Shown here piece after piece: positions 38,501 to 51,144 of a stretch of 64,000 bases of DNA. Every line of letters starts with the position of its first letter. Position 1 is the stretch's first letter. A model generated the notes under the pieces. That model made no database searches. It worked only from the letters and a program-made list of their open reading frames with translations, and was not told where the DNA came from. A program made the position numbers and the translations under genes. Origin of the DNA: Balanoglossus misakiensis (lineage: Eukaryota; Animalia; Hemichordata); NCBI GenBank assembly GCA_040954595.2, contig CM082592.2:11936732-12000731 (forward strand), written 5' to 3'.

Positions 38501-41500
38501 GGTGTTGATTTTAACACTCAAGATTTTCAAACAAATCAGGGGGCAGTGTACAGAGAACGTGATTACGCAGTTCTTAACATTCATCTGTGGAATGACGAGA
38601 ATTATTGAACCACAAGACATAGTCAACAATTTTCTCGCCTGTGAAGATTAAACATTTCCGTGATCCTTCCGGTTTATTTGACGGTGGAGTAGCACAGTGC
38701 TAACTGAACATTGTGGATGATGCATTATTGACCACCAAAGTGATGTCACAGTGACAAAACATCGGTTTAGAAACTGACAAATATTTATGAAAATTCGGAC
38801 TCACTATGAGAAACATTACAAGTTGTAGAAGGTGGCCCTTCCGCCATTCAAGTACAGTAATTCCCTTTGCTTCTTCGTTGCAGCTGTCTGTTGGCATGTC
38901 ATGAATATATGGGCACAAACGCGTGCCGGAAAACCATTTGTCATCCACGCGTTGGCCAAATAACCACCTGACCCCTGGGGTATATATCCCTTTTTCGTTC
39001 GTGATTGATCAAGTGGTAGAACGACTGGTGGCGGGCAGATCTATTTACCAGGCGTGTAATGATCTCTTCTTTGACCAAAATCAAATCAGTTGCAAACCAA
39101 TATTATGTGTCTCTATTGGTAAATGCCAATCATAGGAATGGAATCAATACTGTTGTGTTTATTTCCCAGAAGCGCCCTCTGTAGACACAGATCGGTTATT
39201 ACCAGGTAATGTGGCAAGACTGGACTTCAACTGTCGTTATCGATAAGGTGAATATTATGATAAGGATGATTAATTTGTGAACCGTTGGTGGCGCTTTGTG
39301 GAAGGTTGCCGGGGTCTCCCCTTCACTCACGGACCCACATACTCTAATTTGGACAGCATTGCACGCGTGTGATTTACAAGAAAGCTGAAAATTATGTGTG
39401 GACTTTACAACGATGGGGGAGTAATGCACGAAGATTGTGACAACTGCTTGTAACTATATATAAGCTTTCGTTAGAACTTTTTGCCGACTTCGTCCAATAA
39501 CTGACGACGATCACAATAGACGACCTCGATATTTCCGGACGCAGAAGTGTTGTTTTCGGACCCAAATATATCACCTTCACACAGCACTGGCATAAAATCT
39601 ATGGTGGATGCACTCACTGGGTATGACCACGACCACAACCCATACTGCTAAACTCGATGGTACTGAGTCAGTCGGACGAACAACTGCATCATAAACAAAA
39701 CCACTGACCAAACAAACTTATAGTCCGATAGTGCAAACATAATAGCGGTACCCTACACGCAGTAATACGTCAGGTTACAGTGTTGTTTATCAGCCAAAGA
39801 ACCAGCGGTCCAACTAATATACTCTGGACACAACATCTCTTGTGCCGCGTCGACCTCCACACCTCGGCAGAACTCAGCTCTTGCGGCTACGGAAAAGACG
39901 GAAGAATTCTCCGATATTTACAGTTGCGTCACTCTTCGCCAAGTTCTTTAAAGCATAGTGCGTTCCAGTGCAGAGTATATAAAATTGGTAAGTATATTTT
40001 TTTATTTCTCTTGACGTTGTATGTCCTTGAAGTTCGTCAAGGGATCTGATCGTGAAGTGTCTGTGACAGGTTCGGTTCAAATTCCCTCTTCATACACTCC
40101 AAAGTTTCACGTTCATAAATGCGTCGTGTTTATTTTCGTTGGACAAACTTATTACCACGCTCGGAGCGACCCAGTTCATATTTGAGTCCAAACTGGTCAT
40201 CGTCTTGCGCCCGAAAACACATCCCTCCCAATCGAAGGCAGTGTAGGTCGTCCGCCGTCGGCCTAGTTTTGTGAAGATGCAACCATCGTCGCTCTGGACA
40301 GGGTGCCAAAACTGAATGAATTGTGGCACGGAAAGGGAAACGGTAAAACGAAAAAAGTCGAATTTCATATGGATCGCGGAAAACACGAAAATATACCGGC
40401 GTAGTCATGATGATCGTCTTCATCACTCTTTCAAGTTGCTGACGTGTTACATCCTTGAGTACGAAGTGTTTCGCAACTTCCACTGGTTAGCAAACCCGAA
40501 AAACGTAGAATGTATTTCTCTACTCTCATACTTAAATATTCCTCTGAAGTGCTTAGTAGCCGAGTGAGACGGACATATCCGCCGCCGGCGAACGAAATAG
40601 TCTGAATACACTTATTCGGAATTATAGATAGAGCGTCTAACATCCATCGCCCACGAGAGAGAAAGGGATTTGTAAAACTTGCTATCGATGCAAAAGTCGA
40701 GAATTTTTAGTAGCCATGACTGACCTCGAGGGGGTGATCGTCTCATTTTTCATACATCAATTCCTGATTGCAATTGTAACAGTTTCAAAATGAGATCATG
40801 CCAACTGTTTGCCTTTCCCAAATGAGTTCGTGACGTCATTCGCAAGTCGCTTTTCCCCAAAAGCTCGTAAAACTTTCGTATTTTTACGATCTTTAGTTAT
40901 GCAATGATGAAAAATCAACTATCGCGTCAAGTTTCTCGCTTGTTAACCTCTTACAATAAATTTCAATACCAACCTCTACCTATGCATCGAGTTTACTGAC
41001 AGAGACATGTGGACGTCGACCAAGCGGAAGAGTACATGTGCTCATTGTGTTAACAGGTCAAATAACTCAAATTCCTCAGTAAAATGGAGGCACTTTTAAA
41101 AATGAATTTCTTCTGTTCAAGTCGCACGCCGATGGTGTTCTGCAACCACCGTTTAATCTTTTTTTCCAAACCTAGCTAGAAACATAATGTATGTCTTATT
41201 AGTACCTGTAATAGGCACCGAGACATGGCATATGTTACCTGCCAGGTAATTAAGCCAGACTTCAAAATACTGCGAATATTTGCGCAGTAATCGCACTGTA
41301 TACAGTCCTGTACATACAGGTGTTGGTACCCTGACAAAATACTGTGTCCAAAGCGCTGCTCACAATCATTGGATATAGATCCGGTCGTATGAGTTCCGGT
41401 GGACGAGTCACTGAGTGACCACTTGAACAAATGCTAGTACGCTCGTAGTACTCATTATTCGGCGATCGCTTTACCGTCCAATGCATTCCTCTCATATCGT

Positions 41501-42562
41501 GTTAATCTGTTTCTTGAACAAGGTACTGCTAAACTCAGTGTGGGAAACTTTCCTAGTAACTATAAACGTTATAGTCCTGTCAACTCAAGTGGCCACCATG
41601 CACCAACCATCACGTGCACTCACGAGCAGTCGATACAAACACACACTTGACATTCCTAACGCAAAATAAATTACCCGTCAAGAGGAACGTTGAAGTTCGT
41701 CAATATTTAACAGGAGACCTAGTTTCTCTCATTTAGGAAGTGAACAGTGTAATACGAGACGCCATTATTTTGTATGGTATGCACTTCTTGCATGAAATAT
41801 GACCATTCCGAGTCACTCGCCTCTTTTTGCCCTACCTGTATATACTGGCGCCACCACTGCCTTTACATCAAAACTAACTGTCATTATTACAGTTACCAAA
41901 CATTACAACAGAGTTTCTGGGCGAACACAAAACGGGTAGTTTTAAGTTATCATATTACTCATGTTTACCCCAATTTACGCAAATATATCTTGTAAAATTG
42001 TATTGACAAGAAGCTACACATCTCCTGGTGGGTAAAATAAACACGGCATAAATTTAGTTCGAACCTGGACAAAAAGAGTGAAAAGACACCGCCGTCCAGG
42101 CGATGAAGCCAGCTGTTCACTGCATCATCTCCAGTGATAACAGATACATATACAGACATGTTAACGAGCCAAATTCTGGAAACTTCAACGTGATATATGG
42201 CGTAGAAAAGAAAGTGTAGCTTAAACAGGGGACAAAAATACTGAAAAGGGACTAATAGTTACAGTCGTGGTGCTTTTAATAGTAGTGACCTATACAACAT
42301 TTTGGTGATTTCAACAATTAGCTGCCGAATGCTTATTTTTTCAGTCCCACGCAACTTTGGCCAATCCTCCTAAAATCATTGTACAAATCTGATTCGCCGA
42401 TAACTGCCAAATATTGTCACGCAAGAGACCCCCACCCTACCTGTCAAGTTACTTCAAAATTTACGCAATGCATAAGGTTATTTATCAATGCTGCGGTCTT
42501 GGGGGTTGACCCACTCTTTGGTATTCAATGATAGTTGTTATGCCGTGGATTTTCAGATCACG

Positions 42563-42618
42563 CACCACACCACACCACACCACACCACGCCTCACTACAC
42601 CACACTACGGCACACCAC
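42563..42618. repeat. Imperfect (CACAC/CACTA)n pentanucleotide microsatellite
   Basis: caccacaccacaccacaccacaccacgcctcactacaccacactacggcacaccac. Confidence 0.85.
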
Positions 42619-45600
42619 CTATACATGGACCTCAGTTGTCCTTGGTGACCCTGATGAAAACTTGGTTGACGTTGACACTTGTAACTAGAGACGTTCGAGG
42701 AGAGGGGGGTCGAAATTTGAGAGCAGTAAAACCCCAAAGAAAAAATATCATAAATATCATGAAATCAAACTGGACTGGGTCAAATATCACAAGATTCAAT
42801 CCAACGACTAAAAGTTTCTAAATTTACAATATTTGCGCGAATGCTAGAAAGCGTCAATCAATGCTTCTAAGTACAACTGTGAGACTAAGTCAACAAAAAC
42901 GCAATTATTGAAGTCATTGTGTCACCATAACCCTACAGAAGACAAATACACATCCTAATGAAGTGTAAACAAATCGAAATATGCAAATTAACCAAAAAGG
43001 AGGTCTATTTATGAAACTACAAAACGGTCCTAACGTGGATTTTTGCGAGGGACGTGTGGAGATGATCTCAATCGCAATGGTTTATTTCGATCGTTTATCA
43101 ACTCAACAAGGAGGCGAAGATTATTATATCATTAAATCGAGGCGGGTGACGTCCTGAACTTAAAAAAGCATGTCACGATACCCGGAGCGTACTTTAAATC
43201 CGTCATGACGGTATGGCTTTGGTATGACCTCTTATAAAAACTCTCCACCACTGGTAATCTGGCAGCCACAATGTTTAATAATATTAGTTTAACCCATTAA
43301 ACGAACCCGTTGAGTTGCAGGAATAGGGGTACAATTTATAGTTTAGACTGAGTGTGGTCGTTAAAGTGTGCAAGTTTAATAGCGGATAAATCACCAGGGG
43401 GGAAAACATGAAATCTTTCAAAGAACCATTGAAAAATGTAAAATATCGGTCTTTTTGGTGGTCCGGACAAACAGACAAAACAAATGACTAGGCAATCAGA
43501 CGAGCTGTAAGACGGACAAACACACAAAGTTGGCGGATTGCCCATTCTAACTTCTAATATTTGAAGTTGGACAGTAAAGAAAATCTTAATTGCAAAAAAG
43601 TAACCAAAGATAAGGAAAGACAAATATATTGCCATAACAATTATCTTCGTATCGGTTCAATCGGCAATACGTTTTATAATTAAGGGTGCCAACCCGTGAT
43701 GCGCGTCTAATCTGTGATCTTTGATCTTGTTCTCTCGACGAACTGAACTCACAGTAAACCGGACGGAGGACCGAACAGTTAAAAAACCTATCGGTGACAG
43801 TAGCAATGACAGCATTCCACGCACTGTCATGACCTCTGACCTCCACATGCTGAAGTGCCGGAGATTTTTATGGAGCATTTTATCTCAGGCTCGTGTCATC
43901 CTGCCTCGAAGTTAATCGTTTCGTCACGGGCCATTGAAATCTTAGACGAGCGAGTGCGTCCGAGCCATAGTTTCCCTGACCGATAACATGCACTTGCTAC
44001 CAATTTCAAAGATGCCATTATTAAACTCGATGAGATAATGGGACTTCTATCTGCCAAAGGTCATAGGCTGTATCCTGGTAACGGGTTAGGTGGAATTCGA
44101 TAGTTTTAAAGCCATTGCGATTGGGATATTTTTCGTTCTATTGTCCGACCAAGAAATAAATATCACGTTCCTCTTTACCACGGAACACGTTTTTATCTTG
44201 TTGGTTATACCGTTTCATCGGTCTGCAATGACGTCGGAAAATGTCACTAACCTTTGTGTGCCTAAACGTCGTCATTTTTCCCAACATAATCAGAACAATG
44301 ACGTCATCGGCAAAGTGACAATGAAGTATGGACATATCCGCATTGCAATATTAATTATTACACTTCTATAACTCTTTCACCCCTAATGACATACTTCGTG
44401 ATAAATGTATATCGCGTTTCCCGGTAGAGATAAGAATGAGGAAATTCTGTCTTTATTCGCATCCGGGGAAAACATGTTTCTGTTTGTGATGTCTGTTCCA
44501 TTCAGTCTCAGGAACCACGTGACCATACACACTGATCGTTTGGCTTTTGTCTTTCATCACATACAGGAACGGGGGTTGATGACTCTGGCTCGTGAGAAAG
44601 GTGGGGCGAGGTAAATCATTATCCCACCAATGCTGAATGCAACAATATGACGTCATCAAATGTGACGTTTTCCTATCTGAGCCACTGAAACGTCCTGAAA
44701 TACGCCCAAGCCCCTAGAAATCTCTCTTATTCGCATTCAATCGTCTGTTTGTCACCCCTATCTACGCTTGCTTGTATCAACCGAACATCTCACGCCTGCT
44801 CACACCTGCTGACGTCCGCGCAAAAATAATCATATTTATCAATATTTTATGGAGACAGTTTTGTACGCTGTTGAGATCTCAATAGACTCATGTACTTTTT
44901 GCATTATGATAAATGGCATGTTTTGTGCCCCTGTGTGTCTACAAATATTTCTATAATAGTACGCTGCCATGGTACATGAATATTTCTCTTATCACAATTC
45001 GACCTCTGACCTCATATTATTGACGAACAATTAATTATTCGGAGGGGTTCGTGACAAATGTCCGTGACTGGCGCTATGATTTCAGTTGAATTATGAGTTA
45101 TAAAACAATACGAAGTACTTAATATATTTGTTAAGTGTGTTTAAGAAGCTTTGTACATCCCAGGGGGTAGAGATGACGTGTTTTATGACGGGAAGGTATG
45201 TACTTGTGCTGTCTTTGGGAATTTCTGTAGCTTTTGCTCGATTGATTCTGAAATGTTTGACCGCTTAGGGAGACCCAGATTATTATAAGCTTACCTGCGT
45301 TCCTCCCCTGTCTGAATTGATTGATCCAAGCATTTTCATTGGTCCTGCAGAGGCAAGCGATTGGTCTTGGCGGTCTGGAGATAGAAAGTTGAAGAGAGAA
45401 AAAGAATAAATCACCTGATCCCGTGGAGATATACAAAAACCACATTCTCCGTTTTTCGTGATTGTAAGGAAGAAATTCTTTAATTTGAATTATTAATACT
45501 GGCGAGAGAAGAACTAGAGTGACACACTCATGAGTGAATCGTTTTGACTGCAACTCGAAATGGCTGCAGGATTTTTTGCTTGATGGGGGAGAGGAGGCAG

Positions 45601-48600
45601 ACGTTAACAATAGTTTGTTGCCAAGGCAGCGACATGAGACTCATTCTGATGCAATTTCAGCACGAAATCGCAATTTCGTTCGAGTCCGCGGCTCCCTGTG
45701 GAAAGATAAACTTGTCGTTGAGAGAACACAAAACCACTCGGCCAAAATTACCGCGTAATCGCTCCATGTCTGAGGAGACTTGGGTAGTTTTGTATCCCGA
45801 GCACACGTGAGCTGACCTTGGTGGCGGCGTAGTCGCTAAACGGTTTGACCTCGAGATATCCAAAGTTAACCAACGAGTCCACGAAATAAAACGGTGACAG
45901 TGACCTTGCAACCTTTCAAATCGATTGACCCTCATCGTAAAACCAAACACTTGAGTAAATGTCACATTTTATTTGAAAATCAGTTGATTTCTATCAGCAA
46001 CGGCGATAAAAGTACAATGGCATTACTCTGGTGTCATAAGTCATCTCCCTCGCTGTCTATACTTTGTGTGTTGACATAGACACATTTTCTTTAAATCGCA
46101 TTTCACAGGAATTGGTCTACGGTAAAATTAATAAAAGGCGGGTGTTTTTTATTGTCGTTCTGAGATCAACTTATATTGAATAAATTGAAAAATTACCTTT
46201 ATGGACTTTGTCGAAGCGGACATAAAGACACGTTCTCGCTTGTCTTATTCATTTTGCTGCTGTTTGCATTTGTAGTAAAATACGGCGCTGACGTGACTTT
46301 GAAACGTAAAAGCATGCTGTATTTTATGAAAACACGAAGGACCCCATTTGTGCACTAATCTTCTATGTATATGGATGTTTAAAATCCTAACATTTCCATA
46401 AGAAGCTCATTTCTATTACTGGTTTTACACCTCGATTTTGATTTTTAAAATCAAGAATTTTATTGCTATAATCTCAACGTCCATGGTTCTTGTTAAAAGC
46501 ATGATACCCGTAAAAAATGACCCTGCCCAGCCTCAATGGCAACCAACGGACCATTGTAATGAAAAAACATCTTCTTGTATAAATATGTCTTTTAACCACA
46601 CAAATCTGCAGACCCGACCTCCACGTGAACAAACAACAACACATATTTTGTCAAGCTCCAGAAACAAGCTATTGCATGGGGGCGCTGTACGGATTCTCAT
46701 ATCTATGCAAACGGCAGAACATGTTAGCTTATATCAATAGACGTTCACCTTTTCAGTCCGTCAAATTTTCTCTACAATTAACTGTATTTCTAGTCATTTT
46801 AATCTAGTGTTATCTAATCTTATGAATGCTTAATCATGCTTTCAACAGATACCCTCGAGCAACGACGCTATCGTGCAACCGTTATAGGCATATTAATCCC
46901 CGTTCATAACGGACAGAATAGGGACGTTAAGGGGGGGGGGGAGGGCATCGAACTACCAGAACTGATGCCCGGGACTGATGCACACACAGGAGCCACGCGG
47001 TTGTTAGGGGAGCTTGTCTCTAAGATATCGGCGACTGATAATGCTCGAATAACAACCTATAGCGATTCAGAGTCCAATTCTACAACAGAAATAACTGGTT
47101 AAAAACACAGTGCCAACGCAAAGTTTATTACGCATTGCCCATTACTATATGTAGATCAGAAACCAAACATGTCCTTAAAATCTCGTCTGTGTGGTACAAC
47201 ATTTATGTATTTGTTTAATGTACTTGACATCTGCTCGACCAATATGACATGTTTGCCAACTTGAAGGTGATATCATTCTAATCCGTAATGGTACACAATA
47301 TAGAATTTTGTTGTTGTAATCTAACGTAGAGTGAGGGATAGCAACGCTTGTATTATCGGGTGAGTTCTATTCTTTCCTCTTCAGCTGTGAACTTCAAGTA
47401 CGTTAAAGTTCACCGAATGCTTTTTGCCCCATATTGAGAAAAAAAACCCAGAGTTTTTCCGCAAGTGTTGTTTTGAGAGACTGAATTGGTCCTTGGTGGT
47501 CGACCAACTTGTTCCGTAAACAACCCTAGCGTAGACGGCCTTCTCCATTTGGCTTCATAAACCCGACCTGTTGCAAATCGTTTATCCACGATGTAAACTA
47601 AAAGCAGTAGTTTATTTGTGGTTACGGTCTTGTTATGGTGGCTTTATCTTGTCCATTTAACAGCCGTCAATTAAATTAATTCAAGTAGTTAACCCGTTCT
47701 GTCACCCAGAACCATGTTTCAATCAGTCGGGGTCATCAGGGAACTTCATGCGTACAAGTGGTTTTTCAGTGCGTATCAAAATAAAATAAGGAATCCATTG
47801 CTGCCATTTGATGTACTTCCAGAACGCGCATGTGGCGAGATCGGAAAAAGACTTAAAATTCTTAAGCATTTTCTGCACATAAGTTTATCAAGCTAAATTT
47901 AGAGGGAAATGTTGATCATATTATACGATGTACTTTTGCAAGTTCAAACCCACGTCACTTCTAATTTATCCCTCCATACCGATAGCACAGCTAGATGACG
48001 ATATCACCAGTTTCGATGACAAGCTAATAAAATGCCATGTTGACCTCTGATCTGCGCAGGCTTCAAAGTTCACACGGTAATTACTTTTTGTGACTTTGAT
48101 CGCCTGAACTTTCTTTTACTTGACAGACACAGCCACACGCATCCATCGTGGCCTCGCACAATTTGATAGCGGAGCATACCTAACAAGAAAATTAGATTTA
48201 CAACAATTTGGTAGATGTGTCCTCCATAGACTGTTTCGTCAGGAGAGGGCGCTCTTCAAGCATATCGAGAACGTGATTTGGTTAAATTTATTGGTAAAAT
48301 AGAATTAGAGTGTTTCCTCAAAATCCGAACAATATTCGTTTCAGTTGAATGTCCTGAACCGGGAGGAAGTTTAAGCTCACTCCAAAATTTACCGTTTGTG
48401 AAAATTTAAATCCGGAGTATTCAAGACTCGCATTTAAACTTTATTACATTATTTGAAACTAACCGCCACTTCCGGTTCCCTGGAAATCCGAAAAAAACCG
48501 TCGCTGTTTCCTGGACTTCCTTGAGTTAATTTCTTTTACTTCAATTTCTTTAATTGCGAAATAATTACTTCCTGTTTATGGAACGTCTGTAGAATTTATG

Positions 48601-50991
48601 TTCATGTCATCAGCGCTTGATTCATATTATATGGAAATGTTCATTTCGCGGAAACCCCGAGTCGACGCGATAAAACAGTAACCGTGACAACGTACTTCCC
48701 TAATGAACGTTGAACGATGGAGGTCCTACCCACCTGTGACTCTACCCATAAGCCATGAGGCCAGTGACTTCGCAAATATTCCACCTGTTGTGTGTGCTTG
48801 AGACCGGTGGCTGGAAAGTTCCATGACGATTTGACGTGATCGCTGGCCAAAATTTCACTTTCACTGTGAAGGAAAACAAGGAAATAAATCAGATTACATG
48901 GTCAATATCTGTGAGTTTTGGTTATCTTTCGTCGACAATTTTGTTGCTTGTGCCAACAACAGTTCCTTGTTCTCTTCCCTTGAATATGTTGAAATGCTCA
49001 GCTGTTTCGGAAGTAGCTTGCAGATTTTAAAAGTGTTGTGTGCTGTTATGACATATTCTAATCAGTTGTTTCGAGCGTTGCTTGGCCTTAGGCTTCACGC
49101 TTAATTAACTGTCCATTTCTTTGCCCACGCGTTCCGGTACGTTGCATGCTTACATCATGTAACTATTTGCACCTCTGTGAATTTTCACAGAATTTGCCAG
49201 TGACTGAATGTAATTTAGAATCGTGAGGATGAATAACACAATTTTCAATTGCTACATTCAAACTTTCCATAATGCTCATTTAAAACGTTTGCAGGTCATT
49301 TCTGATAGGTCAGTTTCAAATGTATCGAAACGGTGCGTGACGGCCTCTGCTTTGGACCAATAAAGTAGATACAGTTTTTCTAGATATCTGTGACTGTTAT
49401 GGCATTTCGTGCTGTAATTTAAACTGTGTTGTCTCAGCATCATGTACAAATGAATTCAAATATCAAAATAGAGAAACCAAATAAATACTACGAGATCTTA
49501 CAAATTACAGCGCGTTTCAACATGAAACAATTCTAAGTCATTTTTTGTCCAATATGAGACTCTTTCCCATCGCAGATGTGTGACGCCATTTTTACCGATA
49601 TTTGGCGGTAATAACCATGGCAACGCACTAGAAATGGTCCGAGAGGATGTGGATTTCCGTTTCTTTCACCGAGCATTTGTTTACTGTGTTTCTGCAGGAA
49701 CGCTCAATGGGGTCTTTCCCGGGGCGATTTTTTCTCCTCTCTCTTGGCAGAGTGGCTAGAAACACCGCCAAGGAGGCTTTGTAAACACACTAATGGCTGT
49801 TGTGGCAGACATTGACAGATCTCAATAACTGGATTAATATAATAAACCCCCATTACGTTGATACAATACGAGTGTATACAGCGTTTCATTCAAGTGGCCA
49901 GGCCGTGTAGCTCGGTAACAAGTGAGTGATGGTTCAGAACCCGGACAGAGCATTGCACTTGCGCAGGAGTACGCACTACCCAGCATCCATGTTGGTCGCG
50001 CGCGCACACTTGAGCTTATGAGAGATATCCATAATGTGTTAGTAGGCATGCGATGAGAAGTGAACGAACTTTCCATGCCAATTTTAATTTACATTCAATC
50101 TTTTCGGACAAAATATCGCCAACTTCATAATTTCCGTCTGAAATCATTCTGCCTTGACGAGGAGGTCTGAAACATACCGTCTGAAACTGTTTTTGTTTAT
50201 TTCTTATTCCGGGGTTTTGGGCGTAAGTTGCTTTTTTTCCTCCAAAGTGAGAAGAAATATTGGAAATCCTACTCGATCCTAGGTTGTAAAATGACTCCTT
50301 TTCCTGGCAACTGACTGCTACTCACAAATCAAGTGACTTGATATTCATCGCACAGCAAACATTACAAAAATGGGACTTTAAAACTCGAAGATATTAATGA
50401 AAATGCGGATTAACATGGCTGGTATGGATACTATTCGCCGGAAGTCCGGTCTGCCCCTTGCATAGAACTTGAAAGTGAATAGCTCCTTTAAAATGCACAC
50501 ACACCAAGAAAGACAAACACAGAGAACAATTAAATCGTCAAATATTAGTTCAACAGCAGGAAAAACCACCATCGGGATATTTCCCGCTTTCCCGGTTCCA
50601 GTGCGAGATCTCGTGCAATGCCTCCCTTGAGCTGGAACTCGTGGCCAATTATGGAAATCGAGTGCCCCATTGCGGCGTTACAAGTCATGTAATTAGTGAA
50701 GAAGCTATTCGAAGCGAGTAATTAGTGTTACCTAACACAAAGTGGGGTTGAAATTAACATTTTCCCCATTGAATGAAAACAGAAGTTTATAATGTTATGT
50801 TATTTCACTTGAGGAAAACTGAATGCCGGAAGTTGGTCAAAGCATCGGACAGAACACCAATGAACTTTTGCCGTCGGTACACCATCACGCCTAAATGATC
50901 TGGTCTATATACTTAAATCAGCCTATTAGTGGGCACAAAACGATGTGATTGTTGTTTGAACCAATCAAGCTTAATCTGGTGATTCTTACAG

Positions 50992-51144
50992 GGCACTGCA
51001 AAGCTTGTTGGCTGTCAAGTCCTATTACCACGACTGGCATCAGCGAAGGACGCAGAGGAGCGCGGTGAACGACGAGCGTGAGGGATTCCCGCTGGATCAG
51101 CTCACCGTTCGCGGAGTCAGTCCTCCACCAATCACCGTCAACAG
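50992..51144 (+). other. Candidate upstream (probably 5' UTR or alternative) exon of the plus-strand transporter gene
   Basis: 153-bp GC-richer block bounded by gattcttacag| and AACAG|gtaagg. One frame is open but has no ATG, and its phase does not join directly to the 55956 exon. Confidence 0.3.

Noticed and set aside
38025-38651. 208-aa ORF and overlapping ORFs as a gene or transposon fragment
   Set aside because: No recognisable domain, crosses a poly-G run, random-looking composition.
40090-40483. Overlapping minus-strand ORFs in a GC-richer patch ending near a donor-like GTG|gtaata
   Set aside because: No homology recognised, and it cannot extend the SERT frame because of the in-frame TAA before the ATG; at most an unproven non-coding exon.
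49901-49945. tRNA/SINE-like head (GCCGTGTAGCTCGGT...GGTTCAGAACCC)
   Set aside because: A/B box spacing too short, B box interrupted, no cloverleaf.
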